A DNA stretch of 64,000 nt from Amoebidium appalachense. Its lineage: Eukaryota > Protista > Ichthyosporea. Made by a program: the position numbers and the translations under genes. The stretch lies in NCBI GenBank assembly GCA_963693365.1, contig CAVNZM010000003.1, positions 14,478,914-14,542,913 on the forward strand. The letters are read 5' to 3'. The first letter of the stretch is position 1; each line of letters begins with the position of its first letter. Below the pieces are notes generated by a model. It made no database searches. It worked only from the letters and a program-made list of their open reading frames with translations, and was not told where the DNA came from. This document shows, piece after piece, positions 10,479 to 23,376 of this stretch.

Positions 10479-13400
10479 ATGGATCCAAACAAAACTGGCG
10501 TAAACAAAATCACCATGTGGAAAGGTGAAGGGAAGACTGGTCCCGATAGCAAAACTACCTATTTTCAATGGGAAATCATTTTTCTCGGCATGATGACCGG
10601 CACTAAAGGTGTCCGACTCGTGGATGTTGTCCTTGCTGACAACTACGTCCCCCCTACCACCGTCGCGGTTGACGGTGAACCCCCCTTCTATGGCTACGGC
10701 ACTACCGCGGAACTCAAAGAGGCCCGCAATTGCCTCCTGCTCCATATGATACAGAACATCGACCCTTCCGTCCTCACCACCGTTGCCCAGTACCGTATTG
10801 GCATGGACCCTGAACGGGCCATGTGGAAATTCCGTCAACACTATCTCCAAGGCAAACCCGATCAGATCCGCATCCTTCACCGTCAGTGGGATGCCTGTGC
10901 CCTTCAGCCCGGTGAATCATTCACCACCTACCTGAGCCGTCTGCAGACCATCGTGAACCAGCTCCAGTCTCTCCAAGATGAGTCCATTCACTTCACTCGT
11001 CTAGCTGAGAAGTTCTTCAATGAACTCACCACCAGAGACGACCTCACCCCTGAGTTCAATCGTCTTATCGAAGACTATCACTTCGGTGATAAGCTATTCC
11101 CCGACTTCGAGTCCCTCCATAACCACGTCAAGGGCATCGAGTTACGTCAAGACCTCAAGATGCAACTCCGGAACAACCGTGCCCACCGTGCCTCCAAGTC
11201 CAGCATGGCATTAAATGCCAGTGCTCCCCCCCGTGATCTTCCTCGCCGTGACTTACGCACCCGACTTGACCGTACCTCTGGCACGGACCTCCGAACTCGT
11301 CTCTCCCGTCAGCACACCCGATCCCGTTCCCCCCACCGGCCTGCCTTCCGGTCCACGTCTCGTTCCCCCAGTCGTTCCCGTTTCTCGGGTTCCCGTCGTT
11401 CTGATTCCCCGGCTCGTTCTAACACCCCGTCCGTGAAAGAATGCTCCTACTGCCACGAGCCTGATCACACGATCATCGATTGCCCTGAGCCGAAATGCCG
11501 TATGTCCAGACACAACCGTTCCCGTCAAGGCAGTGAGAAATCTGTCTCCTTTGCTTTCTCGGCATACAATGCTAGCTCCGTCCCCGTGTCCTCCGACCCT
11601 GCCTGGGATTCCGGGTGCAACATGACTGTTTGCCCCACCCGTGAGTTCTTCCATGACCTCACTCCCCTTCCGACACCGACTCCCGTTGCTGCCTTCAATG
11701 GCACCCCCGTCTTGGCCACTCACACCGGCCATATCGTCATCAACACCACCACCGACCATGGCACTACCACCCTAACCATTGAAGCCTACTACACCCCGTC
11801 TGGCCAAGCCTTCCTCATTTCAACATCCCAAGCTGCTGCCGAATACATCAAGGGTGATTTGAACGATGCCTCCACTCCGTCATTCCTCTTCGACCGACTC
11901 ACCGGCCGTCATCTCGTCAACCTCCGTCTACACAACGGTCTGTATTACTTCAAGGACTACACCATTCAACCACCCACTCGTCCTGTGGCTCTGGCTGCCA
12001 CTACCAGTGTTAACCCATCCATCTGGCACCATCGTCTGGGGCACCGAGCTATGACCAGCATCAAGGACATGGTGAAACACGACCTTGTTATTGGTCTCCC
12101 CTCCTCTGTCCTCGACTGTGATGTTCCTGATTGTCATGGCTGCATTATGGGTAAGACCACCAAGGCTCCGTTCAGGGGTGACCGTCCTCACTCCAACATC
12201 CCCGGTCATGAATGGCATTGGGATTTTTTTGAGCCTACCACAACATCGTACGGAGGTTCCAAGGTTGCTCTCGTCACTGTCTGCCGTGCCTCTGGCCTCG
12301 TCAAGATCTACCCGATGGCCGACCGTACCATCACCCTGGATATTCTCACAGCTCACACCAACCTCGTTGCCACCCATGCCCCCTCCAAAGTTGGTGTTTA
12401 CCACTTCGACTCCGGCTCTGAGTTCACCTCCAAGGATACCCGTGCTTTTTGCCTCTCCCAGGGCATCAAGGCCAGCTATGCTCCGGTGGACTGCCCTCAA
12501 CTGAACGGCTATGTTGAACGACGTATGCGGTTCCTCCAAGAGATTGTCCGTTGCCTCCTCCATCAAGTCCAAGATCAGTCTCTGTCTCCCAAACTGTGGG
12601 CTGAGGCCCTCCAACATGCCGCCTACATCATCAACGTCACCCCGTCCACGACTGCCAATGGTCGTACACCATTCGAGGTTTTCTACGGTGTCAAGCCCGA
12701 CATCTCCGAGCTCAAAGTGTTCGGTTGCCCTGCCTACACTCACGTGCCAGCCTCTAAACGGAACAAGCTGGCCCCCACCGTCAAACTCGGCATGTATATC
12801 GGCTATGATCTTCAATCACACTGCCACCGGATCTTCAATGCCACCACCCATCGTGTCGGCCTCTTCCGTGATGTGATTTTCGACGAATCAGCTTATCTCC
12901 CGTCCGACATTCCATCAACCCTTCCGACCCCCGACACCACTGCTACCTCGACCACCCCACCCCCCACAGTTGACACTGAAGATGATGTTTGTCTGGTGTA
13001 CTCTGGCCCCCCTCCTGCCATCGTCGTTCCCCCGACACCCCCCCCCACCGGCCCCCCTGCCCCCGTGCCCGTCCAGCCTGCCGACCCTCATCCTGGCCCT
13101 GGCAACGTCACACCCATCCGACCCGGCTCCCCCGACAACTTCCACTCGGCCCCGTCCAGCCCGGAGGTTGCCCCCCCTGCACTTCCGAACTTCCAAGTTC
13201 CCCCCCCACCGTCTCCACCTACCCCGGTTCCTGCACCCCGTCGTTCTGCCCGTCTCCAGGGCAAGGTTGGACTTCAAGCCACCACCACCCTGCCAGTCCC
13301 CCCCGGTCCCCCCATCAACATCGACCAACTACCCAAACTTGTCCGTCAACTCTGTTCCGGACCCAATGGTGATCAGGTCAAGTCAGCCCTGACTGCTGAG

Positions 13401-14886
13401 TATCAAGCCTTCGTCGACAAAGACATCTTTGAACTTGTTGACCCTCCCCCTGGTGCTAACATCGTCGGCTTCAAGTGGATTGTCTCCGAGAAAACTCTCA
13501 ACTCGGCTGGTGACACCAAGATCAAGGCACGTGGTGTTGCTCAAGGCTTCAGTCAGCAATACGGTGTTGACTATGAGTTGATTGAGAGCCCTGTCATCCG
13601 TCCGGCTGCTCTCCGTGCCATCCTAGCTCTGGCCGTTGTTGAAGGTCATGACATACATCAACTCGACGTGTCTACGGCCTTTCTCAACAGCCCACTCACC
13701 GAGACCATCTACATGAAACAACCCCCGGGATTCATCACCATGGCCACACTTGGCAAGGTCTGGAGACTCAAGAAAGCCCTGTACGGCCTCAAGCAAGCCT
13801 CCAAGGCTTGGTACGACTTCCTCGACGGCATTCTTCTTGCCCATGGCCTGACCCGTACTAAGACCGACCCGTGCATCTACCTCCGGTTCTTCCCCAACAA
13901 CGATGTGGTACGGGCTGGTAACTACGTCGATGACTCCACCATCACCAACACCCGGGGTTCTACTGCTGCCAGTGACCTGGCTGCCCACATCAGCAAGATG
14001 GCCAGCTGTCGTATGAGTCCATTTGACCGTATGCTCGGTGTTGATTTTAATCACTCTGATCCCCATCACCTCCACATGCACCAGAGGTCTTACATCATGG
14101 ATATCATCCACGACTTCAACCTCACCGATGCCAAGTCCAAGTCTACCCCCATCCCTGCAGGCACCACCGTCTCCCTGGCTGATTGCCCCCCCCCAACCGT
14201 TCACCGTGCCCTACCGTGAGTTACTCGGCCGTCTCCTCTGGGTGGCACGGTGCACACGTCCCGACATTGCCTATGCCATCGGCTTCCTTGGTCGGTTCAG
14301 CACCAACCCCGGCAAGACTCACTGGGACCTTCTCCGTCGTGTGGCCCGGTACCTGCTCGGCACCATTGACCTTGGCATTGACTACAAGTACTCGGCCACC
14401 CAGTCCCCCATACTCGAATGCTACACGGATGCTGACTTTGCTGGTTGTGCCGACAGCAAGAAGTCTACCACCGGCTACATTATCGTGTTTGCTGGTATGC
14501 CCGTCATCTGGTACTCCAAGCTCCAGCCCATCACGGCCACCAGCACCACTGAAGCTGAGCTGATTGCTCTCAATGCTGGCACCCAAGAAGTTGCTTGGGT
14601 CCGTGACCTCTTCAAGGAACTCGGCTGTCCCATGCTTGCTCCGACTCCGGTGTACTGTGACAACCAGTCGACCATTGCCATCGTCAACTCCACCGGCATC
14701 AAGCACCGTACCAAACACATTGCCGTCCGGTATCACAACACCAAGGACTACATTGCCAGTGGGGACGTGGTTGTCCACTACGTTGAGTCAGCCCACAACT
14801 TAGCTGACATACTCACCAAACCCCTCCCCGGCCCGAGTCATGTCCACCATCGTGCTCGACTTTGTTTACCGGATATTGTGGATTGA
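10479..14886 (+). CDS. Copia-C gag-pol polyprotein (one frameshift in a C-run near 14186-14194, probably a sequencing artefact)
   Basis: Zinc knuckle CSYCHEPDHTIIDC; protease WDSG; WHHRLGH; integrase FDSGSEF, NGYVER; RT LYGLKQA, YVDD; RNase H YTDADFA, TKHIAVRYH, ADILTK. Confidence 0.95.
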
Positions 14887-15290
14887 CCCGACCTACTTCA
14901 AGAGTGATTTTCTCATGTGTACTACTTACTTTATCAACATCATTATATCATATGTATTGCCTTTGTGGGTATGCCCACTTAGGGTTTATATATAAGGTTT
15001 GACCTGTACCATCACTCTACTCTATCTTTCACTGGTTTAAAACCCAGTTAATCAAACACCGCCTATACACGTTATATATATTCGTTGTTTTTGCCCCGGT
15101 TCCTTCCCCCCTCCCCCCCCCCTTCCCCCCCTTCCCCCCCTTCCCCCCCCCTCCCCCCCTTCTCCCCCCCCCCCCCCCCGGGAAAAGTACACACTTTAAT
15201 TTTTTTTTTCCCGTTTCTGTTCTCAAGTGGGGAGATTTCACTAGTTCAGTGGGGATATGATAACACAAACTTCAAAGTCTTAAGTGGGGA

Positions 15291-16215
15291 TGTTGTAATA
15301 CGTAGTATTTACATATGGTAAGATCTTCTCAGTTTGTGTTATGTTTCAGTTCATATGCTTAGTGTAAATGCCACACTCCTATTATGTAAAGTGTAGCATC
15401 GATCTCCGATATGCTTGTATACTTGTAATCGTGTTGTATCGGCTTTAATCGTGTATTGTAATATCGATTAGAATATTTATATGTGTGTACACGGATCCAC
15501 CCACTCAGGGAGAGACGTGTACATGTTCGTGTGTACATAAATATCTCTGGTTATAGTTATGCTATTACTATCTTGTTTGTTGATCTGTGCTCTCTTTTCC
15601 TTCCTCTTTCTCCTTCCTTATTTTCTTTTCTTTCTCTCCTTGTCTTCATGTGTATAATCGTATTTCTTTTCTACTAATATATGTTAGGTAGATTTGTGTT
15701 ACTTAATACGTGTTCATTGGACGGTAACACACTTAGGCTACACTTAGAATAGCATGTGTGTTTAGACTTCATTAATTCACTTTAGTTTTCATGTGTTGCC
15801 GGGCTTTAACCAATCATCAAGGTTAAGTGTGATATGTCTGAGTCTTTGCAGTATGTCATAGGTTAGAACTTCCTTGATGATGACACGAGTTGATCCTAAC
15901 TAGTGTCTGTGTCCTATCGTGTACGCCTCCGCGTACCGGATCTCTCTGAAAGCAATTGGTTCTTAGTGATTGGTTTCTATTAGAGATGGATCTGATTTCC
16001 GACTGGTCGGAAATCATGTATGGATTGGACTTAGAGGAATTTCAGGTATTTATTCGAAGATCAGAATAAATTCAGTTCAGTCGTGTCTAAACATTGATGT
16101 CTGTTGTGTACACTGCTCCGATCGTTCCGTGTTTTGTTGTTGTGTGTGTCTGTGGTGTTTTCACACTGCACCACTGTGTCTCTGCTTACATCCCAAATAC
16201 TTATAGAATTAAACA
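15291..16215 (+). repeat. Copia-C 3' LTR
   Basis: Direct repeat of 9492-10416, preceded by PPT. Confidence 0.96.
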
Positions 16216-17230
16216 GACGGCTCGTATATACGAGCAGCAGTACGACGAGGGGAGGGACGAGATGGTGTCCCGGACGCTCGGCCAGAAACGTCTGGCCGCA
16301 CGCTTCATCCCCGACGACGAGGACGAGAACAGCACCGACGACGTGGACGGGGAGCTCGAGGCCTTCACACGGCCCGAGAACGAGCTCGAGTATACGGCCC
16401 GGCTCGTCGACCGATACCTGACGGCCGACCGGCGCCGCACCTTCAGGGCCCAGCTACGCGAATGGAAGTATACCTTCCCCACTCTAGACATGTCCCCCGT
16501 AGAAGCTCGTGCATTCTTTGAGAGGGAATATCGGGTCTTTGAAGACCTTTGTGAGTTAGCTGGTGACGTGAGTGATAGGGAAAAGTTCGAGTTTGCTCGT
16601 AAGGCTCTCTCTGTTAACACAGACACTGCACGCATGTTTGGGGAGCATGATGATGTAGATGAGGTGGTGTTGCATGTTAAACGTCACTTGCTTGCCATGC
16701 ACGAGGGGAAGTTCAATAAGAGGGATAAAAAGGAGGTGATGGAAGTAGACAAGAAAAAGAAGGAGAGTGGACAGAAGGGGGAAAAAGAGAAAAAAGAGGG
16801 TGAACAGCCAGATGCACTCACCATGTTGGTCAAGCAGGTTGCCGAGCTCTCCCAGGCCGTCTTCTCTGGCCGAGGGGGCTTCGGCTACCGGGGTGGCCGT
16901 GGCGGCAACCGGGGTGGACACGGCGGTCGTGGCAGAGGTGGACGTGGAGGACAACAGCAGCAGTTCACCGAGAGGTTTGCCCCTTATCTTGCTCGTGGTG
17001 GTGGGCAGGGTAGAGGGAGGGGGGGAAATGGTGGTGAGAGAGGCCGAGGGGGGCAGGGGGGAAGGGGGGGCCGTGGTGCACACGGTGGGCCCCCCCAGCA
17101 TGACCGGGCTCCCGGTTATGCTTTGCGCCAAGGTTTTGAAGTCCCCCCTGGCCCCTTCTTTGGTGCATGTTACTTTTGTGGCCGGCAAGGGCACTCTGCT
17201 GCATATTGCCGTAGTTACAAGAGCTATTGA
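16216..17230 (+). pseudogene. Gypsy-B gag remainder (capsid-like region, RGG-rich tract, CCHC knuckle)
   Basis: CYFCGRQGHSAAYC knuckle before the TGA at 17228-17230; GGRGG repeats. Confidence 0.88.
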
Positions 17231-20200
17231 GTTCCGGGGGAGGGGGAAGCTGGGGTCACTGCGGGAGGGGGGGGGGACAGTATCGGTCCCCCCCAGGTTG
17301 CAGAGAACCTTCACCCTCCCCCACCCCAGGTTAAGCTTCCCTTTGCCCCCTCACCGCCCCGATACGTGTGGGAGCCGGGCATCGTCGTGGGTCCTCAAGA
17401 CAGCGTCGAGGTGGTATGGCATGAATGTTTGTGGGGTGACTCTACCAAAGGTATGAATGGTGTGAATGTTTTGTGGTTGGGGGAGGTTCCCCAGCCACAA
17501 GTGGATGGTCTCAGTGTTTCTTGTCCCAACCCGGTGTTTGTTCTAACCACACCGGAGGGGGTTTCTGTGCCATTGTTTCCGGGAGGGGGGGGGGACACAC
17601 ACGAGTAAAGGGGGAAGGGGGGGGAAGGCACAGACACATAGAAACACACCACCACAACAACATACGACGGTTGCAGACACACCTACACCCACACACACAC
17701 CCACACACACCAAACACACACACACCACCCACCCCCACACCACACACACACACTCCACCACCACCCACATCACATACACACCCCACCCCACCCGTGCAGG
17801 CACCACAGGTAGGTATGTTGCACGTAGGTATCGAGGGTGTGAGTCTTCGTGGGCAGGGATTGGGTGTGAGTGATGATGTGTTGCTTGAATTGGAGGAGGA
17901 TTTAGTTGGTTTTAGCCGGCATTATATAGACGTATGGTTAGCTGATGGTAAGTTGAAGGCTGTTGCTTTGCTCGATGGAGGGGCTCAGGTTAATTGTGTG
18001 CATGCTTCGTTTATTCGTCGTTTTAATCAGGCCGGGGGGGGAAATTCCTATTTTAGATGCTTCTAGCACAGCCTTAGGTAGTGCTAATAATAGTAGTATG
18101 TCTGTGGAAGGTGTTTGTGTGTTGCCGTGTGAGATAGGTGGCCAGGCTATGCATATTATGTGGTTAAGGATTTAGCTCAAAGTGTTTTGTTGGGAGCCCC
18201 ATTTTTCCGTAGACATGTGAATGCTTTGTTTGAACGTACGAATGTTTTAGAATTGCAGTCCGGCGTTAAAATTAAAACCCATGATGGGCTCGACGGTTAT
18301 CAGTCTGGTGCTAGAACGGTAGCTGAAGTAGTAATCGAGCCTTATCAGTGCCAAACGGTACGTGTCCGAGCCGGCAATCATGTTAGGATAGGGGATTTAG
18401 GGGTTTTTACTCCGAAAACCCCATTTCAGGAGGTGGCTCAATGGACCCTTAGTCGGGTCTGGCCGGATAAGACGATAGAAATAGAATTAGTGAATCCGGG
18501 CATCGAGCCTATAGTGATTAGGTCAGGTGTTTCCGTCGGTAGTTTCACTAATGAGATTGGAAGTATAGAGGTCTCTCTTATTACCCAAAAGGAGGATGCC
18601 GGCTCGAAGGGTGACTCAGGAGGAGGGGGAACAACTTTATTTAACATTAGCCACCATAATGTCACCCGACACGATGGGGGGGGGGACCGGGACAGCACCG
18701 GTCCCACTCCCCCGACCCCCAAGAGGAAGGAGGGTCACCCCGGGTGTGAGAATGTGCAAGAAGGGGGGGAGGGTGTTGGTCTAACCCGTGGATCTGACGG
18801 GTTAACCAACACCGTGGGGGGCAGGGTGGCCACAGACCTGGCCCCCCACATACATGCACTAACTCATCAGGAATTGCCCGGGGGCATTGGTGTGCCGGGG
18901 GGAGGGGGGGGTGCTAATGGTGACCGCCTATATCCGGAGGTACCTCAAACTCACCCCGTGCAGCACCGATGTAATACAGGAGGTGAAATGTTAAGTGGCA
19001 CTCCGGTGAATAAGGATGCATCCACTTGTGATGGGGGTAACCCGGAGTTAGTATTGCCGTTTGGTATGAAGGAGGGGGATTGGACGGTGGAGCAGACAAA
19101 TTTATTAGCTAAGTTATTTGATAGGACTCGGTTTGCATTTCTGGCCGATGATAACGAAGTAGGCTTCGTTAAAGGGTTTGAAATGCAGATCGACACAGAT
19201 GATAATAGGCCGGTAGTGATGCCTAGCTACAGAATGGAGCAGTATAAATTGTCGGATGCGCTAATAATAGTGAGTGATATGTTAAAAAAGGGTCATGTGG
19301 AGCATAGTTCGAGTCCGTGGAGAAGTCCGGTGCTATTGGTTAAGAAGCCCGACGGGTCTTGGCGTCTAGTGAACGATTACAGGGCTCTGAATCGGGTCAC
19401 TAAGGCAGACCAATGGCCTCTCCCTAACATAGACGAGCAGCTTTCACAGCTGCACGGCTATACTCACTTTGCTAAACTTGATTTAAAAGCAGCTTTTTGG
19501 CAGATAAGGTTGGAGGAGAGCAGCAAGGAGAAGACTGCCTTTGCACTGGGTGACCAGCTGTTCCAGTACAAGGTGGTGCCGATGGGTTTGCTCTCCTCTC
19601 CAGCTATGTTGTGCCGGGTAATGTATAAAATTCTCCACCCTCATTTGGATGTATGCCACCCTTACTTGGATGATGTTTTAATTAAAGGCAGGTCATTTGA
19701 GGAGTTAGTTAATAATTGTGAAAAAGTATTTCTGGCTTTGGGTGAGTCTGGTCTTCGTATTAGCGGTAGCAAGACTGTGATTGGTGTGCCGGAGGTTAAG
19801 TTTTTAGGTCATATCGTGTCTAGTAATGGTCTTTCCCCGGATCCGGAGAAAATCCGGGCCATAGTTGAGTGGCCACGTCCTCAGACTGTCACTCAACTAA
19901 GGCAGTTTTTAGGTTTAACTAATTATCTCCGTCGTTATATTAAGGATTATAGTATGCTTGCTTTGCCGTTAACTAGTCAGACAGGGGGGGAGAAGAAGAA
20001 TAGAATAGATTGGTGTGTTGATGCTGTTTCTGCTTTCGAAAAGCTTAAGTTAGCTTTGCAGTCTTCGAGTATGCTTGTTCATCCTGATTTTTCGGCCGGG
20101 GGGGGGATGTTTAAAGTTCGATGTGATGCAAGTAAGGTTGCTGAGGGGGCAGTGTTATATCAAGTGCAGGAGGGGCAGGATAGAGTGATTGCTTATGCTA

Positions 20201-22522
20201 GTCGTTCATTTCGTAAAAGTGAACGTAGATATAGCAATCCGGAGAGAGAGTCCCATGCTATCTTTTGGGCAGTCTCACAGGCATGGAGGTATATACTCGC
20301 AGGCAGGACGTTCGAGGTCTACACAGACCACAAGCCCTGCCTAGCCATGGCCGGCACCACTCGTCTGGTCAACGAGAGGATGCAGAAGTGGGCCGCGGCT
20401 CTCGGTGAGTTCTCCTATAAATTGTTTTATGCCAAGGGTGAAACAATGGTTGACTGTGATGCTCTCTCTCGTGCTGCTTATATTTTGTTTGAAGAAGAGA
20501 AGGAGGGGGAGGGGGGGGGCTAGTGAGAGACGGGGGGGGGAGGGGGGGAAGGGGGGGGAGAGTGAGCAGAAAGGAATAGATGCTGTGTCTGTTGATGTGT
20601 CTTCTTGGGCTCCGGGGTTGCTTGCTTATAAGTGTAGGGGAGGGGGGGGGAGATATTTGTCAGTGTCTGAGGTCGGGACCGAGTCACATGGCTCGGCCCC
20701 TGCCTTAGCACCTACGGCTTTGATCTTAGCTCAGGAGGAGGATGTGTTGATTGGTCTGGTTAAGAATTATTTAAAGGGGCCGGTTGATTCGATTAAATTT
20801 AAAAATAGAAGGCAGATGATTAAGGTAGCTAAGTTAGCAAAAATGTGTCAGGTAGAGTAGGATTTAGTTTATCATTGTTCTGGGCCAGACGGACACCGAG
20901 TTTGGGTCCCGACGGCACTTGTGCCTGAGGTTTTACATATGGTGCATGAGCATCCCATGGCTGGTCATTTAGGTGTAAATAGGACGTTGCTTCGTGTTAA
21001 TCGTTCGTATTTTTGGCCGGGTATGAGTAGGGAGGTGAGGGATTATGTGTTGTCATGCATGCATTGTCAGGAAAGGAATGAGAGTCCCCACTCTCGTTCC
21101 CGCCCGTCGTTTATTAGGGATTTTAATGTTCGTATGTTTGAAAGGGTAGCGGTGGATGTGGTTGGTCCTTTTAATTCTACGGTTGAGGGTAACACTGTCC
21201 TTGTTACCGTCACCGATGTGGCCACTCGTTGGGTTGAAGTTTTTCCTCTCCCCACTGCTAATGCCGTTTTGTTTGCTCGTATTTTTGTGGATGACATTTG
21301 TCTTAGGTTTGGTTGTCCTCGTGTTTTGTTAACGGATAGGAGTCGTGTGTTTTTAAATCAGTTGGTGTCGGAGGTGTGTAAAATTTTAAAGGTTGCCCAT
21401 ATCACTACGTCTGCATATCACCCTCAAGCAAATGCCATCTCTGAACGTGTGCATGCAGTGTTTCAGAAGTCCTTTGGCAAAATGCTGGATGTGGAGGCTA
21501 ATGATTGGGATCATATGTCTAGGTTTATTGCTCATTCATATAATTCTACCCCTCATGCTGTGACTGGGTTTTCTCCGTTTTATTTGGTCTATGGGCAGGA
21601 GGCTATTAGTTTGTTAGATACGGCACTTTTGCCGATGGGGGGGACTGACAGACTAACTTATCCCCACTGGACGGAGTTCCGGGAGCAGCTACTAACCCGG
21701 GCCCGGGCTGCACGTGATGCAGCTCTGGCCCGTACACAGCAGGCACGGGCACGTGCAGACGTGTCCACACGTCCGTTACGTGAATTTGCCGAGGGTACTT
21801 TAGTTTTAATTAGGGATCATACTAGGAAACAGAGATATAAGCAGGAGCAGGAAGGTAAGGGTGAAGGTGAAGGTCTTCGTAAGTATGGTAAGAAATGGTT
21901 GCCTCTTTTCATTGGCCCGTATACAATAGTGGCTAGGTTAGGTCCGACGGAATATAAGGTGCAGAGGTTAGATAATGAGAGTGATGTTAGGTTTTATAAT
22001 GTAGATGATATAAAGGAATATTATGATAGGGCCCTTAGGGTTAAACGGCCGGAGGGCCGTCGGGTGTTAGATGCATTCACCCCCGACTATGACGGGTCGG
22101 TGGATGTATCGGAGGCTGCAGTAGATAAAATTATGGATAAAAAGGTTATCGAAGGTAAGGAAGGTAAGGTACATTATTATTTAATTCGTTTTGAGGGAGG
22201 TTATCAGGAAGATCAGTGGTTGCCTGAGTTTCATTTGGCTTGCCCGTTTTCTATTCGTGCTTATGAGGCTAGATTAGTGCAGAGGGAGTTGCCTAGTGCT
22301 CCCTCTAGGCCAAAGAGAGTTATTCCTCAGTTTAATCGTGGTGTGAAAAAGTCGATGGGGGAGGGGGCCGGGGGGGGGAGTGATGCAAATACACGTAGAC
22401 ACACGGGGGGAGGGGGAGGGGGGGAGGAGACCGAGGAGGAGTGTGAACGTAGTCGTAGGAATTTAATTTATTATCATAGGTGTCTCCGTAGGTATCAAGC
22501 TTATGGACCAGGTGTAGATTAA
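17231..22522 (+). pseudogene. Gypsy-B pol: protease, dUTPase-like segment, RT, RNase H, integrase, chromodomain; several frameshifts and an in-frame TAG at 20858-20860
   Basis: LLDGGAQVN protease; SPWRSPVLLVKKPDGSWRLVNDYRALN, LDLKAAFWQ, YLDD RT; CDAS, YTDHK RNase H; HEHPMAGHLG..CMHC, VAVDVVGP, TDRS, YHPQANAISER integrase; GPY motif; chromodomain-like 22121-22280. Confidence 0.93.
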
Positions 22523-22655
22523 TTTCTTATTATTCTTCGTAATTTATTTAATTTAATTTTTTTTAGGAGACTGATTAGTCTATGTCTTTTTAGGGGGTGT
22601 TAGATGTAATGTGACTGAGGTGGGACTCAGCTTTTCCGGGGGCCGGGGGGGGAGT

Positions 22656-23376
22656 TGACATATACTAATCCGTCTCAGCAGATTAGCCTAAGTCTACGAT
22701 CGAGATCGGGGGGGGGGGGGAAGGGGGGGGGGGGGTGGCCCGGGTCCACAGATCATCAAGATCAAGTCCGAGGCCTCAAGATAGCTGTACAGCTGCGTGC
22801 ATCTTGCCTCTGCCGGCGCAGGGCATTGGACCACATCAGCCGGGACAGCCGTCCAATAGAATTCTAATTAGTGTGTAGGATAGATCGTAGGAGGACTTAG
22901 GAATGTGATTGTTCGGGCAGAAGCCCTTTTGTAAGTATTGGCAAGGTTTGATAGTAGATGTTGCCAAACGTATTTATATATTTCGATGTAGAGGAAAAGG
23001 GGGAGGGAGGGGGGGGGGAGGATAGTATGAAATGTAGATTTAGACTCTGCGGTGCCACTAGGGGGAGGGTGAGGGGTGAGACATGGATAAATATATTAGT
23101 TGAGTAGATCGACTTAGCTCGTGCAGGCACACGATAAAAGTAGATCGGAATGTTTGGAATGTGGCATCGTAGGGGGGCCAGGTGATGATGATCTTTGAGG
23201 GCACGGCCTTGATGGCCTCAGTTGTAACTTAGTCTCATTCCGTACGGATCTAAGTTTGCCCGTCGGAGCCTGGTCTGAATAAACTTTACCGTTTTTCCGT
23301 ACACGTTCGTTCCTTTTCGTGTGTGTACACTTAGTAGAGTGCCGCGTCTCTAGTACATATACATTAGGATACGACA
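22656..23376 (+). repeat. Gypsy-B 3' LTR
   Basis: Direct repeat of 8280-9004. Confidence 0.95.

Larger units (their letters stand above)
9492..16215 (+). mobile_element. Copia-C full-length LTR retrotransposon nested in Gypsy-B gag (youngest)
   Basis: 925-bp LTRs 9492-10416 and 15291-16215, identical by eye; TSD GACGG at 9487-9491 and 16216-16220; PBS at 10417; PPT AAGTGGGGA. Confidence 0.97.
8280..23376 (+). mobile_element. Gypsy-B (Ty3/Gypsy, chromodomain-bearing) LTR retrotransposon nested in Copia-A gag
   Basis: LTRs 8280-9004 and 22656-23376 (TGACATA...TACGACA); TSD ACAAG at 8275-8279 and 23377-23381; G-rich PPT before 22656; PR-RT-RH-INT order. Confidence 0.96.

Noticed and set aside
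14186-14194. Programmed frameshift in Copia-C RT (and similar shifts in Copia-A and Gypsy-B)
   Set aside because: Most shifts fall in homopolymer runs inside conserved domains, so sequencing error or decay is more likely
11253-14778. Long antisense ORFs over Copia pol
   Set aside because: Shadow ORFs caused by C-ending codon bias; no recognisable motifs
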